DNA of 64,000 nucleotides from Gammaproteobacteria bacterium (GCA_965116495.1 OZ220696.1:1888001-1952000); one strand, 5' to 3'; numbered from the stretch's first letter, positions 35,201 to 44,942 are shown. Notes: generated from the sequence alone by a model not told the origin. Program-made: numbers and translations.

Positions 35201-37003
35201 GGCAGTGAAAATGAAAATATCTGCGCCGGGACCGCCAGTTAAAATATCATTATCAGCACCGCCGGACAGCGTGTCATTCCCTGTGCCGCCAGACAACCGG
35301 TCATAACCACCGCCGCCATACAGGATATCGTCACCGGAATGGCCGTGCAGATCGTCACTACCCGCGCCGCCTTCCAATCTGTCATTACCCGCGTCACCTT
35401 CCATATAGTCACCGCCACTGCCGCCGTTCAGGTAGTCATCGCCGTCACTGCCGTCCAGCCGGTCTCTGCCGGCGCCGCCGTCCAACTCATCATTACCTGC
35501 GTTGCCAGCCAGAGAGTCCTCGCCGTTACCGCCTTGCAGCCGATCATCGCCATCACCGCCTTGCATCCGGTCATAGCCGGAACCGCCGACCAGTTCATCA
35601 TTACCGGAACCGCCGCTCAGCTGGTCATTGCCGTAACTGCCGAACAGTTCATCGTTGCCGGGACCGCCGTTCAACCTATCATCACCAACGCCGCCGTTCA
35701 GCGTGTCATTACCGGCACCGCCGTCCAACCGGTCATTGCCGACGCCGCCGTCCAACATGTCGTTACCGGCGCCGCCTGTCAGGTGCACGCTGAACAGAAA
35801 GTCAGCAGCAGATAAGTCAGCAATATCGACACTCTCCAGCAGGACGGTGTTGGCATAGCGGTCCGACAGGTTTATCATCACGCCATCTGCGGTGGATACC
35901 AGTTCGAGTTCATCGAAGCTGAGATAAGTGAAGTGGATAAGGTCAATCAGGTCTTCACCAACGGTGAAATCACTGATGATATTGTCCCCTTCCACTGAAA
36001 CGAAAACGAAGGTGTCATTACCGGCGCCGCCGTGAAGACGATCATTGCCGCCTCTTCTCTCCAGTGTGTCATTTCCGGCGCCGCCATTCAGAGAGTCTTC
36101 ATCCCTGCCTCCGTAGTCGATCAAAAAGTCATCGCCGGGGCCACCATTCAGAGAGTCATTATCGGCGCTACCTTGCAGAAAATCATTGCCGGGGCCGCCG
36201 TGCAACGTGTCATTTCCGGCGCCGTCGTATAACTGATCATCACCTTCATCACCGTACAGTTCATCATTGCCGCTGCCACTTTCCAGCCGATCATCACCAG
36301 CACCGCCGGACAGAAAATCACGGTCGGGGCCGCCGTATAGCAGATCGCGCTCGGCGCCTCCCTCCAGCCGATCATCGCCAAAGCCACCGTACAGCCTGTC
36401 AGAACCTGCGCCGCCGTACAATTGATCATCACCGTCTTCGCCATCCAGCCGGTCATTGCCGACGCCACCGTTTAGCGTGTCATTACCGGCGCCGCCTGTC
36501 AGGTGCACGCTAAGCAGAAAGTCAGCCGCGGACAAGTCAGCAATATCAACACCCTCCAGCAGGATGGTGCGGGTCAAGTATTGATCCGTCACCTCTATCA
36601 TCACACCGTCTGCGGTGGACGCTAATACGAGGTCATCAAAACTGAGATACAGGAAGTAGGTCAGGTCAATAAGGTCTTCGCCAATGGTGAAATCACTGAT
36701 GATATCGTCCCCGTGGGCTGAGCCATTGAAAAGGAAGGTGTCATTGCCTGCGCCACCTTCCAGCCGATCATTGTGGAGGTCACCAGACAGGGTGTCATCG
36801 CCGGGGCCGCCGTACAACTCATCAGAACCATCATCGCCGTAAAGCTGATCATCACCGTCCTCGCCGTACAGCCGATCAGCGCCACCATAACCACCCAGCC
36901 AGTCATCGCCGGGGCCGCCGTACAATTCATCATTAGCGCGACCTCCTTCCAGCCGGTCATCGCCGGGGCCGCCGGTTAATACGATACGAGGTGTTAGCAT
37001 CAT
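32243..37003 (-). CDS. Large RTX calcium-binding repeat protein (~1586 aa), probable type I secreted
   Basis: Dozens of GGxGxDxL repeats; six copies of a ..DF..GEDLIDL..ILLEGV.IADLSAADFLF module; start set at MMLTPR (37003). Confidence 0.88.
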   Translation of the reverse strand: MMLTPRIVLTGGPGDDRLEGGRANDELYGGPGDDWLGGYGGADRLYGEDGDDQLYGDDGSDELYGGPGDDTLSGDLHNDRLEGGAGNDTFLFNGSAHGDDIISDFTIGEDLIDLTYFLYLSFDDLVLASTADGVMIEVTDQYLTRTILLEGVDIADLSAADFLLSVHLTGGAGNDTLNGGVGNDRLDGEDGDDQLYGGAGSDRLYGGFGDDRLEGGAERDLLYGGPDRDFLSGGAGDDRLESGSGNDELYGDEGDDQLYDGAGNDTLHGGPGNDFLQGSADNDSLNGGPGDDFLIDYGGRDEDSLNGGAGNDTLERRGGNDRLHGGAGNDTFVFVSVEGDNIISDFTVGEDLIDLIHFTYLSFDELELVSTADGVMINLSDRYANTVLLESVDIADLSAADFLFSVHLTGGAGNDMLDGGVGNDRLDGGAGNDTLNGGVGDDRLNGGPGNDELFGSYGNDQLSGGSGNDELVGGSGYDRMQGGDGDDRLQGGNGEDSLAGNAGNDELDGGAGRDRLDGSDGDDYLNGGSGGDYMEGDAGNDRLEGGAGSDDLHGHSGDDILYGGGGYDRLSGGTGNDTLSGGADNDILTGGPGADIFIFTAGHGDDTIEDFTIGEDLIDLSSLDLSGFDDLAFASHSSGLTVGLSEYGGGKILLEGVQGSVDLSADDFLFGSSNMQTGGSENDVLTGGPGDDVLDSGGGDDVLDGSLGNDVLDGGPGNDELAGGAGDDTLTGGPGNDALDGGPGNDRLEGSGGADRLQGGAGDDWASYERSPAGVNVRLYSLEAAGGHAQGDTFAGLTTWTYDDNGRTVSVQVPDIINLVGSDNDDVLAGDVRANTLDGGPGDDILYGGPGGGDTNDDTMYGGEGSDILYGGRGSDVLYGGENDDELYGGAHDDTLYGGDDDDTLDGGSGNDRLYGGDDEDIFTFSAGHGNDTVVDFTDREDLIDLSAFGLSGLDNLPLSSASDGVTIDLSGRGGGTVFLEGVGNADLSDADFLFEDLYLITGGPGNDRLDGSTGNDELDGGAGHDQLYGGSGHDHLIGGPGDDKLDGGTGEDRLSGDDGGDTLSGGPGNDSLDGGPGRDTLLGGPGNDKLYGNSLRPEHIPRADSLRGEAGDDELFGGNGDDWLYGGEGRDYLYGGDGGDRLEGGLGNDVLDGGAGNDKLYGVDGTNGLYGGAGNDELHGGSGNDRIEGGPGDDRMEGEAGNDIFVIAAGHGDDLIKRFIQGQDLIDLSALGLSGFDALALSSGSHGVTIDLSAHGGGTILLEGVQIADLSAADFLFESANVQIGGPGVDRLEGGPGNDVLDGAGGNDLLEGSAGDDVLTGGPGNDSLDGGPGNDRLDGGSGADRLQGGDGVDSASYEASPAAVVVRLHNLQATGGDAQGDTFAGLSAFTYTDNGRTVSAQVPDIINLVGSDHNDVLAGDVRANTLHGGPGDDILYGGPGGDDTNDDTIYGGMGFDRLYGGRGNDVLYGGVGDDALYGGAHDDTLFGDDHDDTLDGGSGNDRLYGGYGEDVFVFTAGHGNDTIVDFSDGEDLVDLSDLGLSGFGDLALTSASSGVTLDLSAHGGGTILLEGVGIADLSAADFLFS

Positions 37004-37032
37004 GTTGTTAATATTCGTCGTTATCTCGGGAT

Positions 37033-37443
37033 TTATTTTTCTGAAACCAGCCTGTCCAGGATTAAACCGTAAAACGAGGCATCGCCCCTGAATGACCAGC
37101 CGAGGTGTTCGCCACAACTCCGGCATACGGCAAGCCTCCAGCTATGGCCCGGAAACCAGGTATGCTCTGCCGTCGCCTCGCCCACAGTTGAGCACCCCGG
37201 TGCGTCCGAATAACAGCCAAACTCGAAGGTAAAACCGGCAGGGTTAGTGCGGCAATGAACAAACCGGCCCAGTGGCGTTGTTTTCTGACTGTTATCCGTT
37301 ACCGGATCCAGACAAAAGCGGCAAAGCAGCCTTTTTTCTTTTTCAGCGAATGTATCACTCTCGGGTTTGCGTCCGGGTTTGATCTCATCCGACGCGGTTG
37401 CGTCAAAAAAATACCAGGGACTGGTCAATTCCACCTGGTTCAC
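37033..37443 (-). CDS. Cereblon-family (CULT domain) protein
   Basis: CRFC..NPAG..EHTWFPGHSW..CRSC..HLGW..FYGL. Confidence 0.9.
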   Translation of the reverse strand: MNQVELTSPWYFFDATASDEIKPGRKPESDTFAEKEKRLLCRFCLDPVTDNSQKTTPLGRFVHCRTNPAGFTFEFGCYSDAPGCSTVGEATAEHTWFPGHSWRLAVCRSCGEHLGWSFRGDASFYGLILDRLVSEK

Positions 37444-37927
37444 TCACTCAGACCGAACCTGTACATGACCAGGGACTACTGACCTGGCCGGAGGTTGCCT
37501 TGATAAATCACTTATTTTCACTGACGTAATCATAAAAACTCTGCTTGACGCGCCAGTCTTTTGCCTTGGACTGGTGGGTTAACTCAGATGACTGCCAGAT
37601 ATTCACAGGGTCATCCACCTCACAGGCAGCCAGTGCCATGTAAGCAAGCGGTCTGAACTCCCCAGGTATCAACCGGGACGGGTACGAGCGCATGATCATT
37701 CTTGTTAATACCAGGAAACAGCTGTTGCTCCGGAATGCCCTTGAGTTTTCCGTCCGGCTGGAACGTCCAGCCATGACAGCGGCAGGAAATCAATGTACGG
37801 AATGTTTGAGACCGTGTTCACAGTATTTCACGCCTGTTCGCTGCAAGCAGCGCTTTCGTCACGTATAGTAGCAGGAATGCGATTGCCAGATGCAGAAAAC
37901 TGCGCAAGGTGAATACATACAACCGCT

Positions 37928-38872
37928 ATGGGCATGGGGAAAATCGGCATTCTCGGCGGCAACGGTTTTGTGGGCCGGACACTCGCGCGCCGGTTAAGCG
38001 GCGCCGGCCATGAATTGAAGGTGCTCACGCGCCGGCGCGCGGCAAAACACCACGCACTCAGCCTGTTGCCCGGCCTGGAACTGATCGAGACCGACATCCA
38101 CAACCAGGCGCAATTAACCGCTCACCTGTCCGGCTGCCGCGCGGTGGTCAACCTGGTCGGGATTCTGAACGAGCGGGGAACAAGCGGTACCGGGTTTCAT
38201 CATGCCCACGTTGAACTGACCGGCAAGGTCATTCGCGCCTGCCGGGAGAACAGTGTCGAGCGTTTGTTGCACATGAGCGCGATCAACGCCGATGCAACGG
38301 CCGGCGCCAGTCATTACCTGCGCAGCAAAGGGCTGGCCGAAGATAATGCCCATGCAGCGCAAGGTATCCGGGTTACCAGCTACCGCCCGTCCGTTATCTT
38401 CGGAAGCGAAGACAGTTTCTTCAACCGCTTTGCAGGGCTGATCAGGTTGATGCCCGGGATATTCCCGCTGGCCTGCGCCGGGGCGCAATTCGCACCGGTG
38501 TCTGTAGACGACGTCGCCCGGGCCATGTCCGACACGCTGGCAGACCCGGCACATTACGGCAAACGTTACGACCTGTGCGGGCCGCGCAGTTATACGTTGC
38601 AGGAACTGGTCGAGTTCACCGCCCGCTGTACCGGCCGGAACAGGTTAATCATCCCGCTTCCCGATTTTGCCGCCAGGATGCAGGGACTGGCCTTCGACCT
38701 GACCGGTTTTATATTCCCTGTACTGGGTATCGAACAACCATTTTCGACGGACAACTACCGGTCGATGCAGGTCGATGCCGTTTGCCGGTGCAATGCTCTC
38801 CCCACACTGGGCATTACACCCGCGGCCGTCGAGGATATCGTGCCGGCGTACCTGCAGCGCCAAACATCATGA
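37928..38872 (+). CDS. Complex I NDUFA9-like NAD-dependent epimerase
   Basis: GGNGFVG, NLVGIL, SHYLRSK, RPSVIFG. Confidence 0.88.
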   Translation: MGMGKIGILGGNGFVGRTLARRLSGAGHELKVLTRRRAAKHHALSLLPGLELIETDIHNQAQLTAHLSGCRAVVNLVGILNERGTSGTGFHHAHVELTGKVIRACRENSVERLLHMSAINADATAGASHYLRSKGLAEDNAHAAQGIRVTSYRPSVIFGSEDSFFNRFAGLIRLMPGIFPLACAGAQFAPVSVDDVARAMSDTLADPAHYGKRYDLCGPRSYTLQELVEFTARCTGRNRLIIPLPDFAARMQGLAFDLTGFIFPVLGIEQPFSTDNYRSMQVDAVCRCNALPTLGITPAAVEDIVPAYLQRQTS

Positions 38873-40179
38873 CCCCAAACATCCGCAGCTACATAAAACT
38901 GCTGCTCAAGATCGAAGCCCATGAAATCAGGGCTGCGTTTACCTCGTTCTTTTTCATGTTCACCCTGATGCTGGCGTATTACACCTTGCGCCCCGTGCGC
39001 GACGCCATGGCCAGCGACTGGTCCGATGCCGAGTTGAGCTGGTTATGGACTTCCACCTTCGTCATCAGCATGGTCGCCGTCGTCATCTACGCCGGCGTTA
39101 TTTCCAGGATCAGGTTCAGGCGTATCGTCCCCGGCGTGTACGGATTTTTCTCCCTGTCCTTCCTGGCGTTCTACCTGGGTACGCACATGACGGACAACCC
39201 GGTCTACATCGACAAGACATTCTACGTCTGGCTCAGCGTCTTCAGCCTGTTCCACGTGTCCGTGTTCTGGAGTTTCATGGCGGATACGTTCTCGAAGGAC
39301 CAGGGAAAAAGGCTGTTCGGGTTTATCGCCTCCGGCGCCAGCATCGGCGCGGTTGCCGGGCCTGTCTTTCCGGTGTTTTTCTCAACGACCCTGGGCGTAT
39401 ATAACCTCATCCTGCTTGCTGCCGTGCTGTTGCTGCTCATCATCCCCCTGATCACGTATATGGAGAGGCTGAAACAGGAAGATCTGCATAACGGGCAGGC
39501 CGGCACGGACCAGGCATCCTGGGTAACCACAGGCGGTAATCCGTTCGCAGGTTTCGTCGATTTCTTTTCCAGCCGTTACCTGCTCGGGATCGGCCTGTTT
39601 ATCCTGCTGTACACGGCCATGAGCACGTTTGTTTATTTTGAACTGAAAAACATGCTGGCCGAGTTCGATCGCGTCACCCGCTCACAGTACTGGGGTGTGA
39701 TGGATTTGATCGTAAATTCACTCGCTGTGCTCACTGCCATGTTCGCCACCAGCCGCCTGGCTGTCCGCTTCGGCTTGACGGTAACCTTGTCCATAGTCCC
39801 CGTTGTGATCATCGCCGGCTGGCTGGTCGTGGCGGTTTCCCCCCTGCTGCCGGTGCTCATGGGCCTGCAAGTCGTGCGCCGGGCCGGCAACTACGCCATT
39901 ACCCGCCCCGGCCGGGAAATGCTCTTCACACAGGTGAGCCGCGCGACGCGCTTCAAGACAAAACCGGTGATAGATATCGTGGTATACCGGGGTGGGGACA
40001 TGATCAGCGGCTGGGCCTATACCGGCCTGGCCCAGGGATTTGGTCTGGGACTGGCGGGTATTGGACTGATCGGTGCGGGTATTGCGTTTTTATGGACAAT
40101 CGTGGCAGTATTCATCGGGAATGCCTATGATCGAGACCGCCTGCACAGCGTCTTAAACAAACCTGGTGAACCGGAATGA
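38869..40179 (+). CDS. MFS transporter (NTP/NDP exchange-like family)
   Basis: YYTLRPVRD, SVFWSFMAD, RPGREMLFT, KTKPVID.VVYRGGD. Confidence 0.85.
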   Translation: MTPNIRSYIKLLLKIEAHEIRAAFTSFFFMFTLMLAYYTLRPVRDAMASDWSDAELSWLWTSTFVISMVAVVIYAGVISRIRFRRIVPGVYGFFSLSFLAFYLGTHMTDNPVYIDKTFYVWLSVFSLFHVSVFWSFMADTFSKDQGKRLFGFIASGASIGAVAGPVFPVFFSTTLGVYNLILLAAVLLLLIIPLITYMERLKQEDLHNGQAGTDQASWVTTGGNPFAGFVDFFSSRYLLGIGLFILLYTAMSTFVYFELKNMLAEFDRVTRSQYWGVMDLIVNSLAVLTAMFATSRLAVRFGLTVTLSIVPVVIIAGWLVVAVSPLLPVLMGLQVVRRAGNYAITRPGREMLFTQVSRATRFKTKPVIDIVVYRGGDMISGWAYTGLAQGFGLGLAGIGLIGAGIAFLWTIVAVFIGNAYDRDRLHSVLNKPGEPE

Positions 40180-41096
40180 AACATCTCACACTCTCGCGCC
40201 GCAACTTCATGAAACACGCCTGGACCGGACCCGTTGCCGTGGGGATTCTGCCCCGGATGTTACCTGCCATGGCTGCTGATGTAATCAAGCGCGCCATCCC
40301 TGCCGGCGGCGAGGAAATAGCCATCATGGGCATGGGCACCTCCCGTACCTTTACCCATGCCACGCCCATGGCGCAACTCGCTGAAGTCACGCAGGTGTTT
40401 TTCGACCACGGCGGCCAGATGATCGATTCGTCGCCCATGTACGGACCGGCAGAAGGCATCGTAGGCGAACTGCTCAAAACCATGCAGAACAGCGCGGGGT
40501 TGTTTGCCGCCACCAAGGTCTGGACCGACGGGCGCGCAGCCGGCAGAGACCAGATGAACGAATCCATGCAACTCATGGGGGTCGAGACGATGGATCTCAT
40601 GCAGATCCACAACCTGCGCGACTGGAAGATCCACCTCAGGACGCTGCGGGACTGGAAGGAACAGGGACGCATCCGTTACCTGGGCATCACCACCTCGCAT
40701 GGCCGGTTTCATGAGGAACTGGAGGCCATCATGAAAACGGAACCGCTGGATTTCATCCAGTTGAGTTACAACATTGCCAACCGGACTACCGACGCACGTT
40801 TACTGCCGCTTGCCCTGGACAGGGGCATAGCCACGATCATCAACCGCCCATACCAGCGCGGGGACCTGTTCCGGAGAGTCAGGGGGAAACCCTTGCCGGA
40901 CTGGGTCGGGGAGATCGATTGCGCCAGCTGGGGACAGTTTTTTCTGAAGTTCATTGCCGGCCATCCTGCCGTAACCTGTATCATACCGGCCACCACCAAG
41001 GTCAAGCACATGCTGGACAACATGGCCGGCGGTAAGGGCCGGGTGCCGGATGCGGCAATGCGCGAGCGTATGATCAACTACCTGGAAACGCTGTAA
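40176..41096 (+). CDS. Aldo/keto reductase with Tat-like signal
   Basis: SRRNFMK; IDSSPMYG, ATKVW, DLMQIHNL, IRYLGIT. Confidence 0.88.
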   Translation: MKHLTLSRRNFMKHAWTGPVAVGILPRMLPAMAADVIKRAIPAGGEEIAIMGMGTSRTFTHATPMAQLAEVTQVFFDHGGQMIDSSPMYGPAEGIVGELLKTMQNSAGLFAATKVWTDGRAAGRDQMNESMQLMGVETMDLMQIHNLRDWKIHLRTLRDWKEQGRIRYLGITTSHGRFHEELEAIMKTEPLDFIQLSYNIANRTTDARLLPLALDRGIATIINRPYQRGDLFRRVRGKPLPDWVGEIDCASWGQFFLKFIAGHPAVTCIIPATTKVKHMLDNMAGGKGRVPDAAMRERMINYLETL

Positions 41097-41109
41097 TCAT
41101 TTAACGACC

Positions 41110-42330
41110 ATGCAGATTTATCAGGTCGGCGGCGCGGTACGCGATGAACTGCTGGGGATCGAGGTGAGAGACCGCGACTGGGTTGTGGTCGGCGCCAGAC
41201 CCGGGGAAATGACCGCCCTGGGATACAAGGCAGTCGGCAAGGAGTTTCCCGTATTTATTCACCCCGATACCGGGGAAGAATACGCCCTGGCACGTACCGA
41301 ACGTAAGTCGGGGACGGGCTACAAGGGTTTCGTATTCAACACCTCGGACAGAATCACCCTGGAACAGGACCTGCAACGCCGGGACATCACCATCAACGCC
41401 ATCGCCAAAGATGAAAACGGCGCCCTGGTTGATCCGTTCAACGGCCGGAAAGACCTGGAGGACAGGATCATCCGCCATGTCTCCGACGCTTTTGTCGAAG
41501 ACCCGTTGCGGGTATTGCGGGTCGCCAGGTTCGCCGCGCAGTTTAATTTTCCCATTGCTGATGAAACACAGTCCCTGTTAAAGGAACTCAGCGCTACGAA
41601 TGAACTGCAGGCACTGACGCCGGAGCGCATCTGGGTTGAAACGGAAAAGGCATTGCAAACGCCGCAGCCGCAGCGCTATTTCGAAGTGCTCAGGGAATGT
41701 GACGCACTGGCCGTGCTGTTTCCCGAAATCGACCGCCTGTTCGGGGTTCCGCAACCGGAGCGCTATCATCCGGAAATCGACTGCGGTGTTCATACCCTGA
41801 TGGTGCTGGAACAGGCAACAAGACTCACTGCCGACACGGAGGTGCGCTTCGCCGCCCTGGTGCACGACCTGGGCAAGGCCACAACGCCGCAGGAGATATG
41901 GCCCAGCCACCATGGTCATGGCGAGCGCGGGGTTGACCTGATCGACAAGCTGTGCGACCGCCTGCGTGTTCCCAACCGGTACAGGAACCTGGCAATTCTC
42001 GTGGCGCGCTACCACCTGAATTGCCACCGCATACAGGAACTGAGCCCGGCCGTGGTCCTCGGCAAACTCGAAGGGCTGGATGCCTTCCGCCGCCTGGAGC
42101 GCTTTGACCAGTTCCTGCTCGCCTGTGAAGCCGACGCGCGCGGGCGCAAGGGCAAGGAACAGCAGGACTACCCGCAGGCGGATTTGTTCAGGAAATACCG
42201 CGAGACCTGCCTGGCCGTGAATACCAGGTCAGCGGACTTCCATGACCTGGAAGGAACACAGATTGCGGAGCGCATACGCACACAACGGATTAAGGCAATC
42301 AAGGACGTCAAGGTGCAGGAAGCGGGATAA
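41110..42330 (+). CDS. cca: Multifunctional CCA tRNA nucleotidyltransferase with HD domain
   Basis: VGGAVRD, DRDW, ALARTERK, RRDITINA, EDPLRVLR, HDLGK. Confidence 0.96.
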   Translation: MQIYQVGGAVRDELLGIEVRDRDWVVVGARPGEMTALGYKAVGKEFPVFIHPDTGEEYALARTERKSGTGYKGFVFNTSDRITLEQDLQRRDITINAIAKDENGALVDPFNGRKDLEDRIIRHVSDAFVEDPLRVLRVARFAAQFNFPIADETQSLLKELSATNELQALTPERIWVETEKALQTPQPQRYFEVLRECDALAVLFPEIDRLFGVPQPERYHPEIDCGVHTLMVLEQATRLTADTEVRFAALVHDLGKATTPQEIWPSHHGHGERGVDLIDKLCDRLRVPNRYRNLAILVARYHLNCHRIQELSPAVVLGKLEGLDAFRRLERFDQFLLACEADARGRKGKEQQDYPQADLFRKYRETCLAVNTRSADFHDLEGTQIAERIRTQRIKAIKDVKVQEAG

Positions 42331-42412
42331 CGGTTATGTTCGCGCGGGCAACCTCCGTACGATCTGCGCCTGTGCCTGCTAAATACAACCATACCAACAA
42401 CGGGAGAACACC

Positions 42413-42814
42413 ATGAAAAATCAATTTTCTCCAAGTCTGTTCACATTCTTGCTGGTCAGCATTGTCATGTTGCCGTCCTCCGCCTTTTGCGCGGAAGTCG
42501 CCATATTATTCGAACAGGACCTGGTGGATACGCCGGGTAAGGCCGGCCAGGTACTGACCGTGGAATTTGCGCCGGGGGAAGTGTCAGCCCCACATCGTCA
42601 TAACGCCCACACGTTCGTTTACGTACTGGAAGGTTCCGTGGTAATGCAGGTGCAGGGAGGTGAAGCAAAGACCCTCAGCGCGGGACAAATCTTTTATGAA
42701 AACCCGGACGACATCCATACCGTTGCGAATAACGCCAGCGCCACGGAACCGGCAAAGATACTGGTTTTCTTCATCAAGGACAGCGAGGCCCCTGCCAGTA
42801 TTCCGGTAAATTAG
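42413..42814 (+). CDS. Exported cupin domain protein
   Basis: Signal peptide; HRHNAH..YVLEG..FYE..DIH. Confidence 0.85.
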   Translation: MKNQFSPSLFTFLLVSIVMLPSSAFCAEVAILFEQDLVDTPGKAGQVLTVEFAPGEVSAPHRHNAHTFVYVLEGSVVMQVQGGEAKTLSAGQIFYENPDDIHTVANNASATEPAKILVFFIKDSEAPASIPVN

Positions 42815-42842
42815 GGTCGGACCAGTATAACTCTGTATAGCT

Positions 42843-43874
42843 ATGAACAGCTATCTCAACAACGCCTGGTACATGGCGGGCTGGGGAAAAGACCTGAAAG
42901 ATGAGCCTGTAGCCAGGGAATTCCTGGAAACACCGGTAGTCATTTTCAGGGATGCTTCCGGCGCGCCCGCAGCGTTATACGATATGTGTCCCCACCGGTT
43001 TGCGCCGTTAGCGCGCGGAAAGCTGGTGGATGGCCAGATCCAATGCGGTTATCACGGCCTGCGTTTTAACGGTGACGGCCGCTGCACACATAACCCGTGG
43101 ACCGGCAGGATCCCGCCGTCCGCGCAGGTCAGGCCGTTCCCCATGGTCGAACGGGACGGAATCCTGTGGCTCTGGATGGGCGACTGGGACAAGGCCGACC
43201 CGGACCGGATCACTCGCTACCCCGAACTGACAGACGAAAAATTTCGCTTTGTGTTCGGATCCAGCCGTGTCAACGCACATTATGAAATCGTAACCGACAA
43301 CCTGCTGGACCTGCTCCATTCACCCTACCTCCACCCCGGCTTCGGTCAGGACTGGAGACCTGAATATAACTGCCGGGTCGAGGGTGACATTGTGTATTCG
43401 GACTACCTGGTGCCTCCCTACCAGGGGTCGGGCTTCACGGATATATTATGGCCGCAAACCAGGGGCAAGATGGTGGATGATTTCGAATCCATGCGCTGGA
43501 ATCCCCCCTGTATCCTGGAATTGAGAATCTTCATAGGCGTTGACGGTATGAAGGTGACCGAAGGCGAGGGTTTCACTAATATTGCCCCGCACATCGTGAC
43601 ACCAGCCAATGAAACGAGCAGCCATTATTTCTGGGCCAGCGGTATAAAGGCATCGGAATCAACGGTCACCGACGAGGCACACCTGGAGCTTGTCAGCCAG
43701 GCATTTGATGTGGAGGATGCGCCGATGCTGGAAGCAGTACAGCGAAGACTGGGGGACAACACGGATATCCTGGCCAGAGATCCCAGACCGGTTGCCCTGC
43801 CCGGCGATACGTCAGCGGTACATGCACGGAATATAGTGAAAAAACTGATCAAGCAGGAGAAACAGATCAGATAA
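42843..43874 (+). CDS. Rieske non-heme iron oxygenase alpha subunit (VanA-like)
   Basis: CPHR..CGYHG Rieske motif; DNLLDLLHSPYLH; EDAPM. Confidence 0.88.
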   Translation: MNSYLNNAWYMAGWGKDLKDEPVAREFLETPVVIFRDASGAPAALYDMCPHRFAPLARGKLVDGQIQCGYHGLRFNGDGRCTHNPWTGRIPPSAQVRPFPMVERDGILWLWMGDWDKADPDRITRYPELTDEKFRFVFGSSRVNAHYEIVTDNLLDLLHSPYLHPGFGQDWRPEYNCRVEGDIVYSDYLVPPYQGSGFTDILWPQTRGKMVDDFESMRWNPPCILELRIFIGVDGMKVTEGEGFTNIAPHIVTPANETSSHYFWASGIKASESTVTDEAHLELVSQAFDVEDAPMLEAVQRRLGDNTDILARDPRPVALPGDTSAVHARNIVKKLIKQEKQIR

Positions 43875-43894
43875 ACATACACGAGGACAACAAC

Positions 43895-44917
43895 ATGTTC
43901 ATGCTCACCACAGCAACCCCGTCAACCTCGCTGCGCCCGCAAACCTCGGGGATATCCGAAAACGACTGGACCGTACTGTCCCGGTTCTGGTATCCCATCG
44001 CCTATGAACACGAGGTTGAAGACACCCCCGTGGCAGCAAAGCTCCTGGACGTCGACCTGGTTATTTTCCGCGCAGGGGATGAAATAGGCGTTGCCCTGGA
44101 CCGCTGTCCGCACCGGTATATCAAACTCAGCGCCGGGACCGTCGTGGACGGCGGGATCAAGTGTCTTTACCATGGTCTGGAATTCAATACCGGGGGGCAA
44201 TGTACATTCGTACCCTCGATTGACCCCGGGACGAAACTGCCGGCCACCTGGCGCCTGACCTCGTTCCCGTTGAAGCGCCGATACGGCCTGATCTGGACCT
44301 GCCTGGCGCAGGAAACCGGGCAGGATGTGCCGGTCCTGTTCAGGGGGGAAGACCAGGATGCGGGTAACCTGCTGTTTGTAAAATCACGCATCTGGCCTGC
44401 TTCAGCGGCGCGGCAGGTCGAGAACTTCATCGACCTGGCGCACATACCCCATATACATCCGGGCTCCCTGGGCGGCGATCCGAATCACGTCATAAAACCC
44501 GGGGAAATCGAACACAGCGAGGACGGCATAATCCAGACCGCCGTTTATACCGAGGTGCCGTTCGGCGGTACGCCGCGCGATGTCGTCTTCATCTACCGGG
44601 TCGTGCTGCCGTTCGCAATCGATTTTACCGTCCACGACCCGCACGGAGGCGACCAGCGGACCTGTAACATCCCCAGCCCGCGCAGCGCGCATGAATGCAA
44701 GGTATTCCAGTTCAGTGCCGACACCCGCGACATCGATGACGCCCACAATGCCCTGCTGAACGGACTGGATGTCCTGAACCAGGAAGACATCGGTGCTCTC
44801 CGGCAACTCTCAGTACCGGACCTGCCCCTGGACGCCCGGCACGAGATCCACCTGCCGGTAGACAATGTCAGCCACGCCTACCGGCAACGTATGCGCGAGC
44901 TCGGCCTTGGGCAGTGA
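43895..44917 (+). CDS. Rieske non-heme iron oxygenase alpha subunit
   Basis: CPHR..CLYHG; ENFIDLAHIPHIH; QED. Confidence 0.86.
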   Translation: MFMLTTATPSTSLRPQTSGISENDWTVLSRFWYPIAYEHEVEDTPVAAKLLDVDLVIFRAGDEIGVALDRCPHRYIKLSAGTVVDGGIKCLYHGLEFNTGGQCTFVPSIDPGTKLPATWRLTSFPLKRRYGLIWTCLAQETGQDVPVLFRGEDQDAGNLLFVKSRIWPASAARQVENFIDLAHIPHIHPGSLGGDPNHVIKPGEIEHSEDGIIQTAVYTEVPFGGTPRDVVFIYRVVLPFAIDFTVHDPHGGDQRTCNIPSPRSAHECKVFQFSADTRDIDDAHNALLNGLDVLNQEDIGALRQLSVPDLPLDARHEIHLPVDNVSHAYRQRMRELGLGQ

Positions 44918-44942
44918 GGTGAAAACCTGCAAGGCAATGCCT

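Noticed and set aside
32243-37003. CRISPR array or the many alternative-frame ORFs in the repeat region
   Set aside because: The periodicity is the 27-nt coding repeat of RTX nonapeptides; overlapping ORFs are shadows of that repeat
37508-37774. 88-aa minus-strand ORF upstream of cereblon
   Set aside because: No recognisable motif or clear RBS; may be a decayed gene but cannot be supported
38575-38868. N-terminal extensions given by the ORF track (MFS; also 4976-5041, 8300-8410, 37004-37126, 46458-46541)
   Set aside because: They overlap neighbouring genes or repeats; downstream ATGs match family starts better
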